Shown in pieces: positions 1 to 9,403 of a stretch of 64,000 nucleotides of DNA; within the stretch, counting starts at the first letter, position 1; every line of letters begins with the position of its first letter. The notes beneath the pieces are model-generated. The model was not told the DNA's origin. It saw only the letters and a list, made by a program, of their open reading frames with translations, and ran no database searches. The DNA lies in the IMG/VR virus record IMGVR_UViG_3300025138_000035, positions 622 to 64,621 of that record. One strand, 5' to 3'. The translations under genes and the position numbers were made by a program. This DNA comes from a virus.

Positions 1-2562
1 ACGGGATTACAAGGAATATCTAATTTCTTAGGAATTTATTATCCTGATATTAACAATACGATTAATAATGTTGCGGTCGCTTATAATGTTAACGTAGACT
101 TACCTTATGTTATGGATGGAGTTACAGGTAATTTATTTGATAATTTCTTACATGCTCATGAAATAGGTCACGCGGTTCTTGGATTCCACACTTGGAATTT
201 CGGTAACTATACAGTTCCTTTAGGTCCTTTCACAGGTACATTTATCCCTGATTGTGCAAATGGTTTAAATAGTGGTCCACTATGTCAAACATCGGACCCT
301 GGTTGTCATACTATTATGTCATATTGTGCCAATAACGGAACTTCTTTTATTAATTTAGAGTTTAGACCAGAAAGAATAACTGACGGATACACCTACGGTT
401 CAACATACGGTCAACATATGGTATGTGAAGATGAAGAGCCTTATTGTGAGTTATCTATTGTTACTAATATGACATCTCCTTTATTTACGTTTACGGTAAT
501 GTTTAGAAATTGTGTGGGAGGTCCATTTGAAACGTATGGTACTAATTTTACATATGATGATTTCCCATTACAAATCTTAGTTAGCGATTTACCTGCGGGT
601 AGTGAGGGATGTTACGAATATAAAGTAATATCTAATAATGTGAGTATTGAATGTTTCGGGTCTAACACTCCGGTAACTCCGACTCCAACTCCGACAAACA
701 CCCCTACACCGACTCCGACCCCAACTCAACAACCCGCTAGTTTATGTTTTGATAAAACTCAACCAGAAGGGTTTCCTAATGCCCAAACAGGGAATGGAAC
801 AAAAACATTATCCAATGGTATTGTAATGACTACAACATACCAAGGAACTGCACCAGTATTTAGAGCAAGACCTCCATTATTGCAAGAATTTTGTGATGGG
901 TGGTATGTAAATAATGGTAATGCTTCATCATCATCATCGCAGGTCATTATGTCAAATACTTTTGGTTCTCCATCAGTTGGTGGTATACTGACAATGGAGT
1001 TTGATTCTCCGATAACTTCCATAGCGATTACGTCTGACGGATATGGATACTCAACAAACCCATCAATTTACGAAGTTATAGGGATAACCGCTACAGACGA
1101 CTTACAAAATGAGGTACCAATTGTAGGTGAGACATTGACAACGTGTTTTCCTGAGGACGGATTTCAGACTTTTGAGACGGAACAAGTAAGTGAGTATCAA
1201 GTTAACTTGAAATCAAACCAATTGGGTGGTAGACAAAGAGGGGTATCACTTATTAGTTCATCGAATGGTGAAGGTATAACTAAATTAACTCTAACAAATC
1301 TCGATACTATAAATTTAAGAGGAGTTGTTTTTGACTTTTTTGTGTGTGGTATAAGTCCGACTCCAACACCTACACCTACATCAACTCCGACTACAACTCC
1401 AACAAATACACCTACATCAACTCCGACTAATACACCAACAAACACTCCAACAAATACCCCAACCAACACTCCAACCAATACGCCAACTAATACACCTACC
1501 AATACCTCAACTACAACCCCTACTAATACCCCGACCAATACGCCAACTATAACACCAACTAACACACCTACACCTACCAATACCTCAACTACAACTCCTA
1601 CTAATACCCCGACTAATACACCTACACCTACGAATACCGTAACCCCAACAAATACTCAAACTCCAACAAATACTCAAACGCCGACCCCAACTAATACCCC
1701 AACAAATACTCCAACTAATACTCCAACTAATACTCCTACACCTACTAATACCGTAACTCCAACAAATACTCCGACACCTTCATCGACTTCGGTAGGTCCA
1801 TCATTTAATTGTGATGATAGTCCTAACATACCAAGTGGTACACTGGGAAAATATCTTTCTAATTTTAATGTTGGTAATGACCCCGCTGATTTAGGTGCGG
1901 TAATAATATACTTTAACCCCCAAACAGCACCTGATGGTATTAGAGTTCTACATAACGGTAATTACTATAATAGATTGTTTAGTCCAAAACTATCAATATT
2001 TACTCCGTTAGAATCAACAAACGGAAGTACATCATACACAACTGTTGGTGGCAATGCTCCGTCAGTTGGTTCGGGTGTTCCAATACAATATGATAGTTTT
2101 ATTTTAGGTCTTGATGAAAATGGTAATGACGCTTGGTTACCTAATGGGTTTGAAACCGTTACTTTTAATAATGGCGATTATCAATCAGGAGGTGTCAATG
2201 AATTTAACCTTATGGTAATACCAAAAACAATTGCTCAATCAACAATAGTTGCCATTGAGAATATGGGATGGACAACCGGTACATTTTTTAATTTGGAAAT
2301 TAATTGTCCCGTTACACTACCTTCATTCTTAGGTGCGTCTGGGTCAACATCCTGTGTTGCGGTTAAAAGTGAAACATATTATTTCGCACGTTTTAGAAAT
2401 CAAACTAACACATATCCTGAAAGGAATAATCCGATTTTCTCTGACCCTAACGGTGAAAATCCGATAAATGACACAGCCTTCGTGCTTGAAATTTCTATGG
2501 ATAACGGAGATGTGATACAAGTTAAGAGGGGTATGGTAATAGGTGTGAACGGATGTACATAA
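1..2562 (+). CDS. Large modular virion/fibre-like protein, 5'-truncated: metzincin-like Zn protease domain, beta-rich modules and long Pro-Thr linkers
   Basis: Frame 1 is open from base 1 ([14 protein letters not shown]...), so the ATG at 112 is probably internal. [11 protein letters not shown] (157-189) plus TIMSYC Met-turn; PT/PTN repeats at ~675-730 and ~1355-1790. Confidence 0.6.
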   Translation, partial: TGLQGISNFLGIYYPDINNTINNVAVAYNVNVDLPYVMDGVTGNLFDNFLHAHEIGHAVLGFHTWNFGNYTVPLGPFTGTFIPDCANGLNSGPLCQTSDPGCHTIMSYCANNGTSFINLEFRPERITDGYTYGSTYGQHMVCEDEEPYCELSIVTNMTSPLFTFTVMFRNCVGGPFETYGTNFTYDDFPLQILVSDLPAGSEGCYEYKVISNNVSIECFGSNTPVTPTPTPTNTPTPTPTPTQQPASLCFDKTQPEGFPNAQTGNGTKTLSNGIVMTTTYQGTAPVFRARPPLLQEFCDGWYVNNGNASSSSSQVIMSNTFGSPSVGGILTMEFDSPITSIAITSDGYGYSTNPSIYEVIGITATDDLQNEVPIVGETLTTCFPEDGFQTFETEQVSEYQVNLKSNQLGGRQRGVSLISSSNGEGITKLTLTNLDTINLRGVVFDFFVCGISPTPTPTPTSTPTTTPTNTPTSTPTNTPTNTPTNTPTNTPTNTPTNTPTNTSTTTPTNTPTNTPTITPTNTPTPTNTSTTTPTNTPTNTPTPTNTVTPTNTQTPTNTQTPTPTNTPTNTPTNTPTNTPTPTNTVTPTNTPTPSSTSVGPSFNCDDSPNIPSGTLGKYLSNFNVGNDPADLGAVIIYFNPQTAPDGIRVLHNGNYYNRLFSPKLSIFTPLESTNGSTSYTTVGGNAPSVGSGVPIQYDSFILGLDENGNDAWLPNGFETVTFNNGDYQSGGVNEFNLMVIPKTIAQSTIVAIENMGWTTGTFFNLEINCPVTLPSFLGASGSTSCVAVKSETYYFARFRNQTNTYPERNNPIFSDPNGENPINDTAFVLEISMDNGDVIQVKRGMVIGVNGCT
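675..1790 (+). repeat. Coding Pro-Thr(-Asn) tandem repeats, roughly 6/12-nt units (ccN acN / acN ccN acN aaY)
   Basis: Directly visible; short block ~675-730 and long block ~1355-1790 encoding [14 protein letters not shown]. Confidence 0.95.
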
Positions 2563-2581
2563 CCTTAACATAATAAAGTAA

Positions 2582-2588
2582 TATTTAT
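2582..2588 (+). promoter_or_regulatory. Candidate late promoter motif TATTTAT
   Basis: Motif just upstream of the ATG at 2594; recurs before many structural genes. Confidence 0.5.
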
Positions 2589-2593
2589 TTAAT

Positions 2594-2947
2594 ATGGAAT
2601 TTTTTATAAAACATAAAAGTGAGTTACCAATCCTTAAAATGCAAGTCGTCAGAGATGGCCGTACAGATGCCTATAAGTTGTTTGACGCCGATTTAGATAC
2701 CGCAACTATAAGATTCTCAATGAAAAATGAAGCGAATGGTATACAAAAGGTACTAATGAATAATGCCTACATTACCGAAAAAATACAGGTTAACCCTGAT
2801 GCCCCTTATGAATACTATATTTATTATAAATGGGGTAAACGGGACACTAACACTAAAGGTAGATTTATAGGTGAATTCCATATACATAATTCGATGGGTG
2901 AATTAATCGCACCAATAAGAGAAAATTTATATATTAACATAATTTAA
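2594..2947 (+). CDS. Small beta-sandwich structural protein, BppU N-terminal-like
   Basis: Pattern MEFFIK..LP.LKMQV...DLDTATIRFSM...YYKW...DT..KGRFIGEF resembles phage baseplate upper-protein Ig-like domains. Confidence 0.45.
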   Translation: MEFFIKHKSELPILKMQVVRDGRTDAYKLFDADLDTATIRFSMKNEANGIQKVLMNNAYITEKIQVNPDAPYEYYIYYKWGKRDTNTKGRFIGEFHIHNSMGELIAPIRENLYINII

Positions 2948-2950
2948 GAT

Positions 2951-3403
2951 ATGAGTAATAACGTAAGAAGAAAAAAAAATTTAGTAATTGAAAGATTAAA
3001 TCGTAGATTATTGGGGGAATCAGAAATGGATTGTCCAAAAGCTACTCAAGATTTGGAATTAAACACCAAAAATAGAGATTCATCGATTAAGGCAGAACAT
3101 ATAAAATATGGACCATTAAATGTTGATGAACCTGGTGATTATTGGAAAAATTTAGCTAACCATTGGGACACTACAGAATCTGCAGCTAAAAAATCTTTAT
3201 GTGGTAACTGTGTTGCGTTTGATATATCAGAAAGAATGGATGAATGTATGCCCGGAGTAACATCAGATGAAGACGGTCGTTTAGGTTATTGTTGGATGCA
3301 CAATTTTAAATGTCACTCGGCTAGAACTTGTTATACGTGGGCAAAAGGTGGTCCAATTAACAAGGATAAAGTTTCTTATGAATGGCAAGAAAGAAACGCA
3401 TAA
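2951..3403 (+). CDS. Cys-rich hypothetical protein (CGNC...GYC...C..W) with basic leader
   Basis: ORF track; multiple Cys in a HiPIP-like spacing. Confidence 0.6.
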   Translation: MSNNVRRKKNLVIERLNRRLLGESEMDCPKATQDLELNTKNRDSSIKAEHIKYGPLNVDEPGDYWKNLANHWDTTESAAKKSLCGNCVAFDISERMDECMPGVTSDEDGRLGYCWMHNFKCHSARTCYTWAKGGPINKDKVSYEWQERNA

Positions 3404-3407
3404 TAGT

Positions 3408-3436
3408 TTGACAATACTATAATTGTTACTTATTAT
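3408..3436 (+). promoter_or_regulatory. Sigma70-type promoter for DNA polymerase
   Basis: TTGACA (3408-3413), 17-nt spacer, TATTAT (3431-3436). Confidence 0.65.
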
Positions 3437-3507
3437 TTAGTTAAGTGTTAAAGAGTAATCATGTCAATACGATATGAGTAAATGTCTCAAACGAAAAAAC
3501 AAATAAT

Positions 3508-6339
3508 ATGGTATCACAAAAAGAAATCGAAACTTTCCTTAACGGAGAGGACCCTGAAAAGTATATAGTGGCGTTAGAATATGATTACGCATCAGGAAAA
3601 ATATTCAAAATAATTCAAGACCCTGTTCAGGGTAAATCAATAAAATCAGACACATTTATTCCATTTGCTTGGGTAGGTAATCTACAAGGTATTAACTTTT
3701 ATGGGGGTTCTAAATCCGCGCAAAAACAAGCAATGTCAACACATGGTATTATTATCGAGACATTAGATACTCATAATGATTCACGAATGGAAGCGGGTTT
3801 AAAATATTTAGTTAAAACAACTAAATCATATAGTAATTTAGTAAATTTCTTTAAAGGTGGTGGGTTAGACCCATGGGGTCGAGGTAATTCAGATTATATA
3901 ATGATTTTAGCTCCTGCAGAACAATACCTTATACAAAAAAATAAAAGACTTTTTAAGGGTTTTGATGAGTACGATGAGGTACATAGATTTGTATTTGATA
4001 TTGAAACCACTGGTCTTTCTCCAGAAGATAGTAAAATTTTCATGATAGGGATGAAAGATAATAAAGGGTTTGAAAAGGTTATTGCCTGTGAGAACGATGA
4101 AGAAGAACGTCAATTAATTATAGAATTTTTTAATATTATTGCGTTTATTAAACCGTCATTAGTTGGTGGGTACAACTCAGCCTTTTTTGATTTTCCCTTC
4201 ATTATTCGTAGAGCTGAAATATTGGGATTAGATATTAAAAAAATAGCTAAAACATTAAATCCTAAACAAAAGTTAAGACAAAAGGAGGGTATGTTGAAGT
4301 TAGCGAATGAGATGGAACCATATACTCAAACAATGATGTGGGGTTATAATATTATTGATATTGCCCATGCGGTTAGAAGAACTCAAGCAATTAACTCAGA
4401 TATTAAAAGTTGGGGACTTAAATATATTACTCAATTCATTGGTGCGGAAAAAGAAAACCGTGTTTATGTTGAAGGGGATAAAATTGGTAAAATTTATTTT
4501 GACAATAAAGATTATTATTTCAACCCAAAAACAGGTGGGTATAAAGAAGTTGGCTCAATAGGTACTGAAAACCTAATGGAAAGATTTCCAGGTCACTATG
4601 AAAAGGTAAATGGGAACTACATTATTGAGCGATATCTTTATGACGATATTTGGGAGACTATGGTTGTGGATGAAGAGTTTAATCAAGCGAACTTTCTTCT
4701 ATCTAAATTAGTACCCACCACATACGAAAGGTTATCAACTATGGGTACTGCGACATTATGGAAAATGATTATGGCGGCTTGGTCATATAAACATAACTTA
4801 TCCATCCCTAAAAAAGGTGAGAAACGACCATTTACAGGTGGGTTATCAAGATTAATGGCAGTGGGGTACTCTACAGACGTTTTAAAACTCGATTACTCTT
4901 CACTATACCCATCGATACAGTTAGTTCATGATATCTTCCCTAAATGTGATGTAACGGGGGCAATGAAGAGTATGTTGAAGTACTTTAGAGATACTCGTAT
5001 CAATTATAAACAATTAGCATCAGATTTATATGTTTCAGACCCAGAACAGTCTAAAAAGTATAATCGTAAACAATTACCAATTAAGATTTTTATTAATGCT
5101 TTTTTCGGGTCATTATCGGCACCTCACGTATTTCCGTGGGGAGATATGGATATGGGGGAACAAATAACTTGTACTGGTAGGCAATACCTTAGACAAATGA
5201 TTATGTGGTTTATGAAAAAAGGTTATAAACCATTAGTGATGGATACGGATGGTGTAAACTTTTCATCACCACCTGAACGTGAAAATCATACCTATATCGG
5301 TAAGGGGTTGAATGGTTTAGTTAAAGAAGGTAAAGAATATGTTGGTACTGAAGCAGATGTTGCTGAGTATAATGATATCTTTATGAGGGGAGAAATGGGA
5401 TTAGATACTGATGGTGTATGGCCGTCAACAATTAACGTAGCTCGTAAAAATTACGCATTACTTACGGATACGGGTAAAGTTAAATTAACAGGTAACAGTA
5501 TTAAATCTAAAAAATTACAAACATATGTTGCCGAGTTCTTGGACCATGGACTTCGTTTATTATTAGACGGTAAAGGTCACGAGTTCTTGGATTTCTATTA
5601 CGAGTATGTAAATAAAATTTACAATTTAGAAATACCTATTTCTAAAATTGCAAATAAATCTCGTGTTAAACAAAGTATAAACGACTACAAATTACACATG
5701 AAAAAAAGAACTAAGTCAGGTTCTTTAATGTCGAGACAGGCACACATGGAATTAGCAATAAAGCATAATTTAAATATTGGGTTGGGTGACACAATTTACT
5801 ATGTTAATAATGGAGAAAGAAAATCTCATGGGGATGTTCAGAAAAAGAATAAATGGAACGCAACCGCCGCCGAAAAAAGAGAATACGCAATTAGTAATGG
5901 TAAACCTATGCCTCCAGACTCTACTGAAATCGTATTAAACTGTTATTTAATTGATGATAAACATATAAGTGATACTCCCGATAAATTAGGTGAGTATAAC
6001 ATTGCTCGTTATATGGCGGCATTTAATAAGCGTATTGAACCATTACTTGTCGTGTTTTCACCTGAAATTCGTAGTGAGATATTAATAGATAACCCAGAAA
6101 ATAGACCGTTTTTTACTAAATCCCAAACTAAGTTAGTAAGGGGGTACCCAATGAAAGAAGGTAGTCAAGATAATTTAGATGAGGTACTAACACTGTCGGA
6201 CCCCGAAATTAGGTTTTGGGATGATGTTAATATAAGTCCTTATTATATGTATTTAGAGGATACCACTAAATTAGTGGATATGGAGTATGTGAATAAAAAT
6301 ATGAATATTATGAGTTCTTTAGCCCATCAGAAGACATAA
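3508..6339 (+). CDS. polB: Family B DNA polymerase with 3'-5' exonuclease
   Basis: ExoI FDIETTG, ExoII GYNSAFFDF, ExoIII YLYDD, motif A DYSSLYPS, motif B KIFINAFFG, motif C MDTDG. Confidence 0.95.
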   Translation: MVSQKEIETFLNGEDPEKYIVALEYDYASGKIFKIIQDPVQGKSIKSDTFIPFAWVGNLQGINFYGGSKSAQKQAMSTHGIIIETLDTHNDSRMEAGLKYLVKTTKSYSNLVNFFKGGGLDPWGRGNSDYIMILAPAEQYLIQKNKRLFKGFDEYDEVHRFVFDIETTGLSPEDSKIFMIGMKDNKGFEKVIACENDEEERQLIIEFFNIIAFIKPSLVGGYNSAFFDFPFIIRRAEILGLDIKKIAKTLNPKQKLRQKEGMLKLANEMEPYTQTMMWGYNIIDIAHAVRRTQAINSDIKSWGLKYITQFIGAEKENRVYVEGDKIGKIYFDNKDYYFNPKTGGYKEVGSIGTENLMERFPGHYEKVNGNYIIERYLYDDIWETMVVDEEFNQANFLLSKLVPTTYERLSTMGTATLWKMIMAAWSYKHNLSIPKKGEKRPFTGGLSRLMAVGYSTDVLKLDYSSLYPSIQLVHDIFPKCDVTGAMKSMLKYFRDTRINYKQLASDLYVSDPEQSKKYNRKQLPIKIFINAFFGSLSAPHVFPWGDMDMGEQITCTGRQYLRQMIMWFMKKGYKPLVMDTDGVNFSSPPERENHTYIGKGLNGLVKEGKEYVGTEADVAEYNDIFMRGEMGLDTDGVWPSTINVARKNYALLTDTGKVKLTGNSIKSKKLQTYVAEFLDHGLRLLLDGKGHEFLDFYYEYVNKIYNLEIPISKIANKSRVKQSINDYKLHMKKRTKSGSLMSRQAHMELAIKHNLNIGLGDTIYYVNNGERKSHGDVQKKNKWNATAAEKREYAISNGKPMPPDSTEIVLNCYLIDDKHISDTPDKLGEYNIARYMAAFNKRIEPLLVVFSPEIRSEILIDNPENRPFFTKSQTKLVRGYPMKEGSQDNLDEVLTLSDPEIRFWDDVNISPYYMYLEDTTKLVDMEYVNKNMNIMSSLAHQKT

Positions 6340-6646
6340 TATACCAATAACCATTAATATATCTTAATTCAACTGAGGCAAACTTTTCGAGTCTAATTTC
6401 CTCATATTGCTCATCGATTAGTTTGCTAGATTTAACTACTGAATCGGACATAGATTTTACTGTAACATGTTCAGTAGTAGTTTCATCTAATAAAATTACA
6501 CATTCCAATTTATCATTTTTTACAATAATTGAGCTTTCACCTTTAGTGGTATATGAAGATGTACCATTAACCACAATAGAATCAGAAACAATCGTTTCTT
6601 TACCGTTAATAATTTTTTTAATCGGACGTGTTTTTATTATTCCCAT
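6308..6646 (-). CDS. Small beta-rich hypothetical protein, probably structural
   Basis: Directly downstream of the neck gene on the same strand (2-nt gap); ends in SVELRYINGYWYI, a pattern like small fibre/decoration domains. Confidence 0.55.
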   Translation of the reverse strand: MGIIKTRPIKKIINGKETIVSDSIVVNGTSSYTTKGESSIIVKNDKLECVILLDETTTEHVTVKSMSDSVVKSSKLIDEQYEEIRLEKFASVELRYINGYWYIMSSDGLKNS

Positions 6647-6648
6647 AA

Positions 6649-7761
6649 TTAAATAACATACATTTGTCTAGGTAATGCTCTATATTGTAATGATTTATTT
6701 AACTGTTCAGCTAAGTTAGCCTCTCTTTCCATCATTTTATCAGGTCTTAATCTTTCTAATCTAGCGGTTAACTCCTCCAATAACTTACTTTTTTCATCTT
6801 TAGCTTCAGTAAGTAGTGAATCATAATCCATAGTTACTTCAGAATCGGGGGTTTTTAAGTTACCACTAAATTTACCTCTAACACGACCTAACGTTTCTTT
6901 TACATATGCTACGAACCATTTTCTAACCCAAGCCTGTGCAGGATTATTTAACTCTGCCCATAACATCTCATCAATCGGAATATCAGAAGGTAATCTAATG
7001 ATATCAGGATTTTTTGCTAAACAGTCTTCTCTATCATCAGTTTCATAATACCAATACCATACTCGGTACTCATTGTTTTGTAGATTACCAAAATCAAATT
7101 TACCACCAGGTACATTATAAAGATGTAGTGCCTTTTTACCTTCAGGTAATGCGGTTACTCTATAAGTTAGTTCACCACCAATCAATCTTCTTTTTAAGTT
7201 GATGTCTTGCATTCTAAGTAAAATGTCGAACGCTGGAGTTATCATATAGTTACCGGATTGACCCATTTGTGAAAAACCAGCACCTCCACCCATACCTACG
7301 CCACCCATACCTCCAAATCCACCCATAAATGGGTCGAAAAATGCGGCGTCTAATTCGGCTCTAGTAAACCATAATAATTCATTTAACTCTCTACCCGCGG
7401 GTATTTCATAGATTTGTTGGTTTGTCTTTAAATCTATGTAGTCTTTTTTAAGTACAGAATCTCCACCGGCTTGTAGTCCAACAATTTTAGAATACGCGTA
7501 AGTGTATTGTGTTTCCCAATCTAAGGAACGTGTAGTAAATGCTCTAGTAACCGATTCTTCGTCTAAGTTCAACCCATAAAGAGATGTCCATTGTGATTCA
7601 ATTAACCAATCATTTACATATTGGGCATAATCTTGAATTGAAAACTCTAATAATGAGTCCATCATTTCATCTTCTATTTCGATACTACGTATTGGTGCAC
7701 CTAACAGGTGTTTTACACGAGTATACAGTTTTGTTCTTTGTGGTTCAATAATTACAGACAT
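6649..7761 (-). CDS. Neck/head-tail adaptor protein (T4 gp13-like)
   Basis: N-terminal RVKHLLGAPIRSIEIEDEMMD...SIQDY resembles gp13-type neck proteins; TATTTATA at 7776-7783 (minus) upstream. Confidence 0.7.
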   Translation of the reverse strand: MSVIIEPQRTKLYTRVKHLLGAPIRSIEIEDEMMDSLLEFSIQDYAQYVNDWLIESQWTSLYGLNLDEESVTRAFTTRSLDWETQYTYAYSKIVGLQAGGDSVLKKDYIDLKTNQQIYEIPAGRELNELLWFTRAELDAAFFDPFMGGFGGMGGVGMGGGAGFSQMGQSGNYMITPAFDILLRMQDINLKRRLIGGELTYRVTALPEGKKALHLYNVPGGKFDFGNLQNNEYRVWYWYYETDDREDCLAKNPDIIRLPSDIPIDEMLWAELNNPAQAWVRKWFVAYVKETLGRVRGKFSGNLKTPDSEVTMDYDSLLTEAKDEKSKLLEELTARLERLRPDKMMEREANLAEQLNKSLQYRALPRQMYVI

Positions 7762-7802
7762 ATATGTGTTTTCTTTATAAATATTAAGAAAACTACATTT
7801 CG

Positions 7803-9365
7803 TTAATTATTATATTGTGATGACTCACTAAACACGTATCTTCCGTTAATTATCTTTGTGTTTTTATTTTCAAAAACTTCGGTACCTAATTTATTACTAT
7901 GAAATACTAAGTAGTCAGTTTTATATGGTTTGACGTTTCCTGTACCATAAACAATAACTTTACCGTCTTGTTTATTAATTCTATTAAATGGTTTAATTTG
8001 TATTGTTTTAGTACCTTCAGGTAATTCAACAACCGCATCAATACCTTTAATCATATCATCCACATCACCTAGTTCACCAACTTTTTTAACGTCGCTAGTA
8101 TTGAAAATATTTTTTAAACTTGCTACGGCGTCAACTTCTCTTTTATCCCCAAATTTGTTAGTTTTATCTAATCCCGCCATAATTGTTTTAAACGTTGGGG
8201 AGTCTGATTTAAAGATAGAGTACCTTAATTCGACTAAATATTTATTAAGTCTATCTACTTCAGATAGTTGCTCTTTACGGTTTTTATCATTAAAGTTAAT
8301 TGCATCAATACCATATTTTCTTAAATACTGATTAGTATCGCTAACTAAAGTACAAAATGCGGTGTAATTAGTATTTAACTTATTAATAACAGAACGACCT
8401 TTTTGTTCATAATCGTAAATTCCTGACATTTGACCTTTATCGTATTTATTTTTTTCATACCAATACTCTGAAAATACTTCTTTTAAAATATCCATTATAG
8501 TATACATAAAACGTTTTTTAATTTCAGGGTTCGTATTAAATAATCTTCTATATGTTTGTACTTGGTTTCTATTACAACCCGCACTTGCACCTTCAGAAAT
8601 AATATTTTTAACTATCTTAGTCTCAGTTAATTTTTTAGAGGTTTGATTTAAATATAATTCATTAACATAATCCCAATTAATTATTGTCCAAAAATTTCTA
8701 ACGTATTCGTCTCTTTTGTTACGATATTTTAAATAATATGCATGTTCCCACGTATCTAAACAAAGGATTGGGTACCCACCATTTTTAACCACATTCATTA
8801 ATGGGTTGTCCTGATTAGGGGTGGACATAACTTTTAATTTACCTCCCTTAGTTACTACCAGCCAAGTCCATCCTGAACCAAAATTTTTAATGGCCTCATT
8901 ACTAAATATTTTTTTAAATTTAGGAAAACTTCCAAAATCTTTAATTATTTTTTCATATACCGCACCTTCAGCTCTTTGTTTTTTAGGTGACATAATTTTC
9001 CAAAATAATGCGTGGTTAAATGCCCCACCCGCATTATCTCTAATTGTTTTATTATACCTTGAGATACCTTTTATTAGTTGTTCTAATTCAATATTTCCAT
9101 CGACTCTACTTGAAAGAGCATCATTTAATTTTTTTACGTATCCTTTATAATGTTTATTATAGTGAGTGTCCATAGTTTCTGAATCTATAAATCTCTCTAA
9201 GGCAGAATAAGAGTACGGTAATTCTTCTATACCAATTTTTTTCATTTCTGTTAAAATTTGTTTGGGAGTGTGCGAGATAATAGGATTAACTTTAGTTAAT
9301 TTTTCTCGGCTATTAATTTTATGTTCAATTAATGAGATTTTGTCTTTTAACCTTTTGAACTTCAT
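7803..9365 (-). CDS. sodA: Fe/Mn superoxide dismutase (Mn-type signatures) fused to a C-terminal PD-(D/E)xK-like domain
   Basis: LPYSYSALE, THYNKHYKGY, NAGGAFNHALFW, FGSGWTWL, NQDNP, DTWEHAYY (ligands H68, H118, D204, H208); extra ~260-aa C-terminus with GID...TIQIKP. Confidence 0.9.
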   Translation of the reverse strand: MKFKRLKDKISLIEHKINSREKLTKVNPIISHTPKQILTEMKKIGIEELPYSYSALERFIDSETMDTHYNKHYKGYVKKLNDALSSRVDGNIELEQLIKGISRYNKTIRDNAGGAFNHALFWKIMSPKKQRAEGAVYEKIIKDFGSFPKFKKIFSNEAIKNFGSGWTWLVVTKGGKLKVMSTPNQDNPLMNVVKNGGYPILCLDTWEHAYYLKYRNKRDEYVRNFWTIINWDYVNELYLNQTSKKLTETKIVKNIISEGASAGCNRNQVQTYRRLFNTNPEIKKRFMYTIMDILKEVFSEYWYEKNKYDKGQMSGIYDYEQKGRSVINKLNTNYTAFCTLVSDTNQYLRKYGIDAINFNDKNRKEQLSEVDRLNKYLVELRYSIFKSDSPTFKTIMAGLDKTNKFGDKREVDAVASLKNIFNTSDVKKVGELGDVDDMIKGIDAVVELPEGTKTIQIKPFNRINKQDGKVIVYGTGNVKPYKTDYLVFHSNKLGTEVFENKNTKIINGRYVFSESSQYNN

Positions 9366-9403
9366 TTGTTTTTTTATTATAAATAATAGGTAATTATAAT
9401 TTT

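Noticed and set aside
1197-1580. Minus-strand 127-aa Val/Gly repeat ORF
   Set aside because: It is the antisense shadow of the Pro-Thr repeat in the plus-strand gene
1355-1790. Possible CRISPR array or non-coding tandem repeat
   Set aside because: Units are 6-12 nt, degenerate at third codon positions and in frame; no unique spacers
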